Virus record (IMG/VR): IMGVR_UViG_3300043112_000199
Location: 1-37,172 of that record
DNA length: 37,172 nt
Source of the DNA: a virus
Taxonomy: Duplodnaviria; Caudoviricetes
Strand: one strand, 5' to 3'
A model generated the notes under the pieces. The model was not told the origin of the DNA. It ran no database searches and saw only the letters and a program-made list of their open reading frames with translations. Shown in pieces: positions 1 to 8,107 of this stretch. The position numbers and the translations under genes are program-made. Every line of letters starts with the position of its first letter. Within the stretch, counting starts at the first letter, position 1.

Positions 1-144
1 TGGGAAACGGGCATTCATTCTTCCCTTAGCTGGTGATGCGTGGCGGGTTTACCGCCACAGGCAGGTCTTTCCCGGATAACGGGAAAAGTCCGATCTGCTT
101 GGCCCCGGGGCGCTGCCCCGAACCTTTTAGGAAGGAGAATTCCC

Positions 145-1104
145 ATGGGAAAATCCGACAGCCTCAAGTACGGGATCAACCGGGCAACCTTATCCGGCCC
201 AAAGTCGAAACAACACCGAATCCGTCAGACGGCACATCATTTCGTCAAGGTCTTGCGCCAGGCGAACATGGGTGCCCAGAAGTGGACCAAGGTGACCAAC
301 AAGCATTTCCAGCGCGTGGCGGACGTCATGCGTGCCGACGGTGTGGGCGACGGCAGGATTGCCGAAGTCTTCAGCGCCGCACGCCATATCTGCCGCGCTT
401 ACGAAAATGACCACATCAGTAAAAGCAACGCGACCTTCGGGGTCAGGCGCGGGTCCATCGCCAACGCGACGTCCCGTGCGGTCACCCCGGACGCCTTTCA
501 AGACACCCTGACCCGTATGCGGAACGACGCGTCGTATCCGCATGCGGGCCGGGCGGCGGCGCAGACCGAGTTGATGTATGAACTCGGACTACGGAGAGAA
601 GAAGCGGCCAAGGTAGACCTGCCCAACGACTGGGACCGGGAAAACCATAGCCTTCTCGTTCAGTACGGCACCAAAGGCGGCAGACCAAGAACCTTGCTCA
701 ACCTGTCGTCCCGGCAGGAAGCCGCCCTTGAACGGGCGCAGAAATACGTGTCCCCTTCCAATAGGAAAGGCATCAACAACCTCATGCCCGAGAATATGGG
801 CGATGAATGGTTACACCGGCTGGACTACGCAGCCAGAAAGCACGGCCTGACAGGTAGTGACGCCAGGGGCACCCTGCATGGTCTCCGTCATGAACGGTTC
901 CGGCAGATGTATGTGGACCACACCGGATTCGAGCCGCCGAACCAGCACGAAAGCGTTCAGGCATTTCACGAATCCGCCCAGGCAACGGCCGGGGACGACT
1001 GGCCCCGGCTCGATGACGAAGCACGCGACAAAATCGAAGTGACGGCAGGGCATTCGCCTGGCCGTCGGGACGTATCGAACGCCTATCTGGGCAGTTCCCG
1101 TTAG
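145..1104 (+). CDS. Tyrosine recombinase / integrase-domain protein
   Basis: Full catalytic set: LGLRREEA (R), GTKGG (K), HGLRH, AGH, AYLG (Y). AGGAG SD precedes ATG 145, in frame with ORF 40..1104. Confidence 0.85.
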   Translation: MGKSDSLKYGINRATLSGPKSKQHRIRQTAHHFVKVLRQANMGAQKWTKVTNKHFQRVADVMRADGVGDGRIAEVFSAARHICRAYENDHISKSNATFGVRRGSIANATSRAVTPDAFQDTLTRMRNDASYPHAGRAAAQTELMYELGLRREEAAKVDLPNDWDRENHSLLVQYGTKGGRPRTLLNLSSRQEAALERAQKYVSPSNRKGINNLMPENMGDEWLHRLDYAARKHGLTGSDARGTLHGLRHERFRQMYVDHTGFEPPNQHESVQAFHESAQATAGDDWPRLDDEARDKIEVTAGHSPGRRDVSNAYLGSSR

Positions 1105-1106
1105 CA

Positions 1107-1143
1107 GAAGCCCCGCCATTTTCGGCGGGGCTTCACTTTTTTT
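1107..1143 (+). terminator. Intrinsic terminator
   Basis: GAAGCCCCGCC-ATTTTC-GGCGGGGCTTC 11-bp stem, then ACTTTTTTT, just after the stop codon. Confidence 0.9.
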
Positions 1144-1314
1144 CATCTTTTTTTCTCCGCCCCCCTCTCCGACATTTGACTTTCACTTCTCTGGCGGTGT
1201 CAAACTGGCCTGTTGGCCGAGTATTGATGAGCAACCTCAACCGAAGGGGAAGTTGGAAACGGGTACGCGCAAGCGGTAGGAGGCTTTACGTTCCGTTCCT
1301 ATGAGAACCACAAA

Positions 1315-1518
1315 ATGACCGATGCACCGAAGCTTTTGACCATCAAGGAAGTCGCCTGCCTTTTGCGGGTACACCGTGCGACCGTTTCGCGCCTGATCGG
1401 GACTGGCGCCTTGCCCCATCTCGCGATAGGATCACGAAAGCTGGTTCTGGAAACAGACCTGCTGTCGTTCCTTGAAAATCGAAGAAGCTTGGCGGCGAAC
1501 AGTCCGAAGGGGGCATAG
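1315..1518 (+). CDS. Excisionase-like HTH protein
   Basis: 67 aa, LLTIKEVACLLRVHRATVSRLI pattern; immediately upstream of an integrase. Confidence 0.85.
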   Translation: MTDAPKLLTIKEVACLLRVHRATVSRLIGTGALPHLAIGSRKLVLETDLLSFLENRRSLAANSPKGA

Positions 1519-1521
1519 CTT

Positions 1522-2685
1522 ATGGCTACAGTCACTATCGCGACCCGTTCGCTGAAGAAAGGAAAAGCGTACGTTATCAACTTCACCAACCCGGATACGG
1601 GCAGGAAGGAATACCACAAGACGTACAGACGGAAAGACCTGGCTCAGGAAGAGGCCAATCGGCTTCGCACCCTGCTTGACAGCGGCAGGCTGCCGACCAA
1701 GGAAGGTCAGCAACCGAAGCAGCAGACCCTGCCCACTTTCGGGCAGGCTGCCCTGCTGTGTCAGGCCGAGTGGGATCGAAAGCTGGGGGAAGGCAAGATC
1801 GGCGAAGCAAGTTATGCCGGATACGGCTACCTGCTGGCCCCTGTCCTGAAGGAATGGAAACACACCCTGCTCCATGATCTCGACGAGGACACCATTCGGG
1901 ATTACCGCATCCGTATCGCCGAACAGACCAAGGCGAGGCTGGTGGCCAAAGGCGAAGCAGGCAAGAACTGCAACGTCCTGGCAAACCGCCGACTGTTTGT
2001 CATCAAACAGGTCTTCGCCCAGGCCGTGAAGCACGGTTTGATCGAAAAAGACATTGCGCGGGACATCCCCTACCTGTCGGAAAAGGCCAGTGAAAGGAAG
2101 AAGGCCCAGCAGCCGCTCGAAATCGAGAAGCTGCTTGCGGCGGCCCGTCAGCGCAGGGCGAAGCACTACCTTCCCCTGGTTATCCTGCTGGCGGTCGAGC
2201 ATGGGTGCAGCACCCAGGAAGTCCTTGGCCTTCGGTGGCCTGATGTGGACCTTGCGGAAAACCACATCACATTCCACCGTACCAAAAATGGTATGACCCG
2301 AACCCACCGGATCATGCCCCGCACCCGAGACGCTCTCTTGGCCCGGCTGGAGCATGTGACCCGGTACCGGGAAAAACGTGGTGTGAAGGTCAAGGGGGAT
2401 TACATTGTCGGCAACATGGACGGCACCCCGTTCAAGTCCATCAAGACCGCATGGAAAGGGCTGTGCAAGGACCATGACTTTGACGACCTGCACTTCCACG
2501 ACCACCGCCACACCTACTGCACGAACATGCTCAAGGCGGGCTGCACGCTCAAGGAGACCAACGTCATGATCGGCCACAAGACCCTGCGCATGACCGACCG
2601 CTACAGCCATCTGGAAGGTGTGCTGGAAGACGGCCCCCAGGACCGTCTGGCCACCTGTGGGGGGCCACTTAACTTGAGAAGCTAG
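1522..2685 (+). CDS. Tyrosine integrase; C-terminus probably replaced by prophage sequence
   Basis: LGLRWPDVD, RTKNG, FHDHRHT, IGH, DRYSH motifs. The first catalytic Arg position reads Ser (HGCSTQE). The last 9 codons fall in the putative phage left end. Confidence 0.85.
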   Translation: MATVTIATRSLKKGKAYVINFTNPDTGRKEYHKTYRRKDLAQEEANRLRTLLDSGRLPTKEGQQPKQQTLPTFGQAALLCQAEWDRKLGEGKIGEASYAGYGYLLAPVLKEWKHTLLHDLDEDTIRDYRIRIAEQTKARLVAKGEAGKNCNVLANRRLFVIKQVFAQAVKHGLIEKDIARDIPYLSEKASERKKAQQPLEIEKLLAAARQRRAKHYLPLVILLAVEHGCSTQEVLGLRWPDVDLAENHITFHRTKNGMTRTHRIMPRTRDALLARLEHVTRYREKRGVKVKGDYIVGNMDGTPFKSIKTAWKGLCKDHDFDDLHFHDHRHTYCTNMLKAGCTLKETNVMIGHKTLRMTDRYSHLEGVLEDGPQDRLATCGGPLNLRS

Positions 2686-2830
2686 GGAATGCCTAGGAAA
2701 CATGAGACGAATATGGGACTTTTGTAGGACTGACGCGGTATTTCGGTGGGGTTTTATTGCTTTTGGGGCGAATTTCTAACTTGAGAAAAAGCGCCGGCGA
2801 ATTGCCGGTTTTGGACAGGTAAGATGAGAA
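2670..2830 (+). repeat. Candidate transposase-binding sites of the left end (consensus tAAcwTGAGAa)
   Basis: TAACTTGAGAA 2670-2680, AAACATGAGAC 2698-2708, TAACTTGAGAA 2777-2787, TAAGATGAGAA 2820-2830, all in the same orientation. Confidence 0.7.
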
Positions 2831-2873
2831 AGGGCCAGGCGGTTATTTTGCCGCCTGGCCCTTTTTGTTTTTT
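2829..2873 (+). terminator. Intrinsic terminator near the left end, possibly bidirectional
   Basis: AAAGGGCCAGGCGG-N8-CCGCCTGGCCCTTT 14-bp stem followed by a T-rich tract. Confidence 0.8.
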
Positions 2874-3001
2874 GTCGGCAGCTACACACAGGGAAGCTGA
2901 TAATTCTCGCAAATCTTGTTGAGCTTACGTTCCGTTCTATGGCAGGGTTCGTCACCTCCCTCCATATCATCGAAACAGGCGTAACAGCTTGCCTTTCTTC
3001 G

Positions 3002-3508
3002 TCATGCGCTGTGTCGGAGATCGTCAGAGTTCTTGTCCTCTGGCGCGGCTCGAGCTGCCTTTAGTTCTTCATGGTATTCCTTCGCCATGGTTCTGGCGGT
3101 ATCCAGTTCGCCTTCTAGCTTGACGACCTGGACGTTCAGCTCACCGACCCGCACCTTTAGTTCCCCGTTTTCTTTCCAGAGTTGCCGGTTCTCCACCACC
3201 AAGTCCCGGTTCATTTCTCGCTCCCGGATCAGCTCGGCTTCAATGTCAGAGCTCTGATTAACCTCTGCCACTAAAGATGCAGAGGTGTCAGCCTCAGCAA
3301 GCTGCATAGGACCTTCCCCGAACAAAAGCCACTTCGGAGAGATGTGGAAATGGTTACAAATCTTCAACCCCACTTCAAAATTAGGCAGAGATTTGCCCAA
3401 TTCGTAATTCCTCAAGGTGTTCTCATTGATCCCTAAGGTGGAAGCAAGGGAAGATCGAGACTCTTTCCCTCTAAGATAGACCAGTCGTTCTGCTAATGAG
3501 TTGTGCAA
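3002..3508 (-). CDS. Prophage repressor (XRE HTH plus coiled-coil C-terminus)
   Basis: LAERLVYLRG..LASTLGINENTLRNYELGKSLP..ISPKWLLFGEG; divergent from the early operon at the left end. Start is TTG and uncertain. Confidence 0.8.
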   Translation of the reverse strand: MHNSLAERLVYLRGKESRSSLASTLGINENTLRNYELGKSLPNFEVGLKICNHFHISPKWLLFGEGPMQLAEADTSASLVAEVNQSSDIEAELIREREMNRDLVVENRQLWKENGELKVRVGELNVQVVKLEGELDTARTMAKEYHEELKAARAAPEDKNSDDLRHSA

Positions 3509-3650
3509 AAGTTTTACTCGCTAAGTTTTGCATTAACTTTTGCACGCCTCAAACCATGCAACACACTCAATATCCTGAAGATTGCATTTTTGCCTACAAT
3601 TTAAGTTTTGCGCGCATTTTGATTGGCGCAGCTCTCAAAAATAGGCAAAA
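3503..3650. promoter_or_regulatory. Immunity region operators / divergent promoters
   Basis: AT-rich. GTGCAAAAGTT 3503-3513 inverted at 3535-3545; TAAGTTTTGC at 3522 and 3602; TTTTGCCTA 3588-3596 inverted at 3642-3650. Confidence 0.6.
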
Positions 3651-3780
3651 GAGAGGCGTGGGCAGTAAACACAGGTAACACTCACATTGTCTACCTTAAT
3701 TGACTGCCTACAGGGGGTCAACATCCGGCCCCGCACCTGTTTCGGACATGAAGTTGAACCTCAGCGGACAAGAGCGACAC

Positions 3781-4206
3781 ATGCGGCAGTTATCCCTCTT
3801 CGACGACCCAAGCGCAGACCTGGCCATGCTGTTGGCCAGGGTCAAGAGCGCCATGCACCAGAGCGCCGCGAGTTGCGGGCTGTCGCGTGAGGAGATCGTC
3901 GACCGCATGAACGAGATCGCCAAGAGAGCCGGGGTGAGCCTGAGCCGGGGGAACGCCAAGAGCGTCACACTGGCCACGCTGGAAAAGTGGCTCAACCCCG
4001 CCAATACGGACCACGTGCCATCGCTTCTGGTGGTGAACGTGTTCTGCATGGCCACGAAGAGCACCGCGCCACTGCTGGTGATGCTGGATCTGCACGGGTG
4101 CGGGGTCATGACCCCCGAAGACAAACAATTGAGGGACTACGCCGAGGCGATCCTTGCCGAGCGTGACGCCCGCAAACGAAAAAAGCAGCTGGAGTTGAAG
4201 CTATGA
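3781..4206 (+). CDS. Early regulatory protein (putative DNA-binding)
   Basis: First gene of the early operon, LATLEKWLNP motif, ATGA-coupled to the next gene. Start could be 3748. Confidence 0.65.
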   Translation: MRQLSLFDDPSADLAMLLARVKSAMHQSAASCGLSREEIVDRMNEIAKRAGVSLSRGNAKSVTLATLEKWLNPANTDHVPSLLVVNVFCMATKSTAPLLVMLDLHGCGVMTPEDKQLRDYAEAILAERDARKRKKQLELKL

Positions 4207-4469
4207 ATAAATGCGCTGCCTTCGGGGCAGGTCGGCAACGTCAGCCCTGGCGGATTCGCGAGTTCCTCGATGAGCAGGGGCTGACTCAGGCTGACGTCGC
4301 CCGCGAACTCGGCAAGAATCGCAGCATTGTGAACCGAACTATCCGGGGCTCCATCAACAATCGCGACGTACTGAAACATCTGTACAGGCTTGGCTGCCCT
4401 CCCGAATACCTGAGCTTGCCCGATGACCTGAAAAAGTGGGCAAAACAGGAAGAAATGGTGGCCGCGTGA
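4203..4469 (+). CDS. Ner/Cro-like HTH regulator
   Basis: QGLTQADVARELGKNRSIVNRTIRG HTH, upstream of the transposase. Confidence 0.8.
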   Translation: MNKCAAFGAGRQRQPWRIREFLDEQGLTQADVARELGKNRSIVNRTIRGSINNRDVLKHLYRLGCPPEYLSLPDDLKKWAKQEEMVAA

Positions 4470-4744
4470 TGCTGTTGAGTCAGCAGGAAATCGCCGAGAT
4501 TTTAGACGGTGAGCCGTTAAAGGTTCCGGCGAAAACAGGAATAAAAGTAAATGACCGGTACTCCATCTGGGCAAAGGTCGGCGGCGATATGCAACTGATC
4601 ACCGTGGTCTGCAAGACTGCACCCTACCGGAGGAAGCTACGAAACGGCGGAACCGCCTGGTACGTGGACGTGTTCGGATACGGGGTTCGTCAGAGCGTGA
4701 ACGTCAAGAAGCTGCGGGAATTGCCCGCAAAAGGGAGAGAGTAA
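4469..4744 (+). CDS. Hypothetical early protein
   Basis: TGATG overlap upstream and TAATG overlap downstream. Confidence 0.6.
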   Translation: MLLSQQEIAEILDGEPLKVPAKTGIKVNDRYSIWAKVGGDMQLITVVCKTAPYRRKLRNGGTAWYVDVFGYGVRQSVNVKKLRELPAKGRE

Positions 4745-5079
4745 TGAAATCTCACACAGTACCATTCCACAAGGAAGAGGACTCTGGCCACAAAAACGGT
4801 TTTGACCCTGAGTCCCTTGATGAGCATCTCGACATCTTGGAATCCTTGCGGGAAACAGCACGGCCCGTGGTCGAAATGCCTGCCGACCAACGGGCCGTTG
4901 CTGGGATAGTTGCCATTCTCATGAGTGCCGATAATCCGGGACAGGTTCTCAGCGTAGCACGCTACTACCACAAGATTCTTAAAGGTGTTTTGCCATTGTC
5001 TCCGCAAGGGATTGCCCATCGAAGCAGTGACCACACTTCCGGTAGCCGCGCGACTCGTGCCTCTTCAAAGCACGAGTAA
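4744..5079 (+). CDS. Hypothetical early protein
   Basis: GGGAG SD and coupled start. The 3' part overlaps an antisense gene. Confidence 0.45.
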   Translation: MKSHTVPFHKEEDSGHKNGFDPESLDEHLDILESLRETARPVVEMPADQRAVAGIVAILMSADNPGQVLSVARYYHKILKGVLPLSPQGIAHRSSDHTSGSRATRASSKHE

Positions 5080-5227
5080 GATCACTACTATTTTCAACAA
5101 TGTACAGATTGTGAGCGTCAGATTCCATCTTACGGAGATTACAACTCCCGTTAATGGCTGACCCTAAGTGAATAGTTTTGGAATCTTCGTTCACAATAAC
5201 AAGATCATGGATGTTTTGATTCTTCAT
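4979..5227 (-). CDS. Small antisense moron protein, possible Zn-binding (H..C..CGHC)
   Basis: AGGAG SD before the ATG at 5227, low GC, GYRKCGHC motif. Confidence 0.6.
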   Translation of the reverse strand: MKNQNIHDLVIVNEDSKTIHLGSAINGSCNLRKMESDAHNLYIVENSSDLTRALKRHESRGYRKCGHCFDGQSLAETMAKHL

Positions 5228-5318
5228 TTCCCCGGCTCCTTTTGTTTGAAGTTGGATGCGTAGCAACAGGAAAACCGATAGCAGAAGGGGCCGGGGCCTA
5301 CAACCGAGTTACACCGCT

Positions 5319-7412
5319 ATGAAAGACGCTTACACCACAAAAGAACTCACCATCCTGCTTGGGGCAGCTCCGAGCACGATCAGCCGGAGGGCCAAGCGTG
5401 AAGGCTGGCCGTCACGTCCTCGTCAGGCCCGTGGTGGAGGCTTTGAGTGGCTTGCTGCGAACCTGCCCGAAGACGTCCGGGCCGCAATCTCCCTGCACGA
5501 GACGAGAGCCGAGACGCCGGCCCTGCCCGATGAGAACGTAGTTATCCCTGACTGGGCGTACAAGGTTGGCATGGCTCGGTTCCGTCTGGTCAACGAGTGG
5601 CGACTTGCCGTGAAAAAGAGCAAGACGACCAAGGGCAAGGCCACGGCCGCATTTCTGACAGCCTTCAACTCCGGCCAGCTGCTCGCAAGCGAGTATGAAA
5701 AACTGGGCGAGGTTTCGGATAAGACCCTGTATCGCTGGGACAAGAAGCTCCGCGACAACGGCGAGGATTATCAGGTGCTTTGTGACCGGCGCGGCAAGTG
5801 GTCCAAAGGCGGCCGGAAGGGACTCGGCCAAATCGGACCTGAAGCAGAAAAGATCTTTCTCGGGTGCTGGCTGACACCGAATCGACCCAGCATCAAGCTT
5901 GCGTACGAGGCCACCAAATCCATCCTGACAAAGCACGGCCACAAGGCTCCCAGCTACAAGACTGTGGCTCGTTTTGCGAAGCGCTTCGATGAACACCATC
6001 ACGACCTGGTTGTGCTCAAGCGTGAGGGCGAGAAGGCTCTCAAGGACAAGGTCGGCCCTTACATTGCCCGTAACGACAAGGTCCTTTCCGTGGGCGACGT
6101 CCTCTTTTGCGACGGGCACGTACTCAACTTCCGTTGTCTGCACCCGACGACCGGAAAACCGTTCCGCCCCACGCTTATCTGTTGGTTTGATTGGCGCTCC
6201 CGCATGCCGGTTGGTTGGGAGATCATGCCCACCGAGGACACTATCGCGATCAGCTCGGCGCTTCATATGGCCATAGGAACGCTCGGGCAATACCCCCGCT
6301 GCGTCTACATCGACAACGGCAAGGCGTTCCGCTCCAAGTTTTTCAGCGAAGCTGATGCCGACTTCGGCGAACTCAACGGACTGTATGCCCGCCTCGGCAT
6401 CGCCGTACAGTACAGCCGGCCATATGAAGCGCGTACCAAGATCGTGGAGCGCTGGTTTCGAACCTTCGACGAGCAGTGCCAGCGCCTGCTGCCGAGCTAC
6501 ATAGGCAACTGCATCGACAATAAGCCCGCATGGATGAACCGCAACGAGAAGTACCACGAAGCGGCGCACAATGAATGGACGCCGACCTTGCGGGATGCCT
6601 CCGAAATTTTCCGTCTATTCGCAACCTGGTACGGACAGCAGGCGCATCGAGGCGTTGACAATCAGAAGCCTCTCGAACTGCTTCAGGCGGGTACAGGGGA
6701 CGGCGTGGATATGGGCGAGCTGGACCGGCATTTCCTCTTCCGCCAAAAGATCACGCCTCGTCGATGCGGATTCACCATCGGCGGCGTCCGCTTTGAATCC
6801 GATGCCCTGTACGGCCTGAACAAGCCGGTCATGGCCATGTTCAGCTGGGCCGACATGAGCGAAATCCACTTGCACACGCTCGAAGGGGAACGACTCGGAA
6901 CGGCTCGTCCCACGGTAGCGCTCCATCCGCTTGCCAACCAGTTCGGCAACGAGCTTGACCTGCAGAAGATCAAGGAAGCCAACAAGCGCCAGCGCAAGCT
7001 CAAAAATACGACCATGCAGCTGGCCAATGCCTTTGATGGTGACGTTGGTGAAAGCGCCTTCCAGCAACTGCCTTGGATGCAGCAGCAGACAGCTCCGCTC
7101 AGGGCGGTTGTCCAGCCCAAGAAGACAAAGCCGGAACTGACCCTGGACCAAGCGGAAGCAGCACGACTCGAAGAGGTACGCAGCAAGGTCAAAGCCCTGC
7201 CCTCGGCCCCGGATAGGCCGGACTTCTTTGCCTCGGAATACGAGCGCTACGAGTGGTGCTTCATGCAGTCCGAAATGCACGGCCACTGCTTGGATGAAAA
7301 CGACATTTCCTTCATGCGCGCCTACGAGGCCTCCGAAGAATACCGGACGGCCACGGGCAGACGCTTCGAGCAACTGAGGCTTGCATACGAGAACAAGAAA
7401 ATCGCGAGGTAA
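5319..7412 (+). CDS. MuA-like DDE transposase
   Basis: N-terminal Mu-type HTH (YTTKEL..ISRRAKREGW); catalytic CDGH, YIDNGKAF, VERWF; about 697 aa. Confidence 0.93.
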   Translation: MKDAYTTKELTILLGAAPSTISRRAKREGWPSRPRQARGGGFEWLAANLPEDVRAAISLHETRAETPALPDENVVIPDWAYKVGMARFRLVNEWRLAVKKSKTTKGKATAAFLTAFNSGQLLASEYEKLGEVSDKTLYRWDKKLRDNGEDYQVLCDRRGKWSKGGRKGLGQIGPEAEKIFLGCWLTPNRPSIKLAYEATKSILTKHGHKAPSYKTVARFAKRFDEHHHDLVVLKREGEKALKDKVGPYIARNDKVLSVGDVLFCDGHVLNFRCLHPTTGKPFRPTLICWFDWRSRMPVGWEIMPTEDTIAISSALHMAIGTLGQYPRCVYIDNGKAFRSKFFSEADADFGELNGLYARLGIAVQYSRPYEARTKIVERWFRTFDEQCQRLLPSYIGNCIDNKPAWMNRNEKYHEAAHNEWTPTLRDASEIFRLFATWYGQQAHRGVDNQKPLELLQAGTGDGVDMGELDRHFLFRQKITPRRCGFTIGGVRFESDALYGLNKPVMAMFSWADMSEIHLHTLEGERLGTARPTVALHPLANQFGNELDLQKIKEANKRQRKLKNTTMQLANAFDGDVGESAFQQLPWMQQQTAPLRAVVQPKKTKPELTLDQAEAARLEEVRSKVKALPSAPDRPDFFASEYERYEWCFMQSEMHGHCLDENDISFMRAYEASEEYRTATGRRFEQLRLAYENKKIAR

Positions 7413-7414
7413 CC

Positions 7415-8107
7415 ATGCGGCGAGACATTTTCATCGAAACAGGAAACGTAGCCAAGTTTCGCAAGGCGCTCGGCGTCCTGAGCGACACCGAGCGCGGCAG
7501 GCCCGGCATCGGGGTCATCCAAGGCGAAGCAGGACGCGGCAAGACCATGGCTGCCACCGAGTGGCACACCACCAATGGCGGCATCTTCCTGCGCGTCATG
7601 GAAGGCTGGAGCCAGTTCAGTTTTTTGCAGGCGCTGGCCTACGAGGTCTCCGGGGATAGGCCGGGAAACACGAACCGTTGCCGGAACCGCATCATGGACG
7701 CCCTGAGTTCGTTTCCGCAGCCCATCATCGTTGACGAGGCCGACCGACTGCACATGGCGCGCATCGAAGACTTGCGGGACGTACATGACATGACCGGCTG
7801 CCCGGTCGTCCTCATCGGCGAGGAAGGGTTTTACCCCAAGCTGCATGCCCGCCGGCGGGTCCAGTCTCGCGTCACGCAGGTGGTTGAATTCGATCCGGTC
7901 AGCGCCGAGGACGTCATGCTGTTCGCCCTGCAGACGGCTTCCCTCGACGTTACGCCCGAGGCCTGCCACAAGCTGGCAACTCTCGCAAAAGGCAGCTTCC
8001 GCGTGATTTACAGCTTCACGCTGCAACTTGAAGACTTCGCCAAGGCCCAAGGCAGCAACGACATCGACACCGCAGTAATTGAAAAGCTGCGGATCGGGAG
8101 GGCCTAA
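7415..8107 (+). CDS. MuB-like AAA+ transposition ATPase
   Basis: Walker A GEAGRGKT, Walker B IIVDEAD; directly follows the transposase. Confidence 0.92.
   Translation: MRRDIFIETGNVAKFRKALGVLSDTERGRPGIGVIQGEAGRGKTMAATEWHTTNGGIFLRVMEGWSQFSFLQALAYEVSGDRPGNTNRCRNRIMDALSSFPQPIIVDEADRLHMARIEDLRDVHDMTGCPVVLIGEEGFYPKLHARRRVQSRVTQVVEFDPVSAEDVMLFALQTASLDVTPEACHKLATLAKGSFRVIYSFTLQLEDFAKAQGSNDIDTAVIEKLRIGRA

Noticed and set aside
1197-1262. Hammerhead-like words GTC..TTGATGA..GAAAC upstream of xis
   Set aside because: Core starts with U rather than C, the stem II closing pair is G-G, stem I is not closed next to the core, and stem III has at most 3 bp.
1432-2703. 423-aa antisense ORF over the integrase
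   Set aside because: Shadow ORF caused by GC-rich codon bias; no motifs.
2670-2830. Spaced repeats as a possible CRISPR array
   Set aside because: Repeats are only 11 nt with irregular spacing and there are no cas genes; transposase sites explain them better.
5256-5318. Upstream extension of the transposase ORF
   Set aside because: The Mu-type HTH begins at ATG 5319; the extension overlaps the antisense gene's upstream region.
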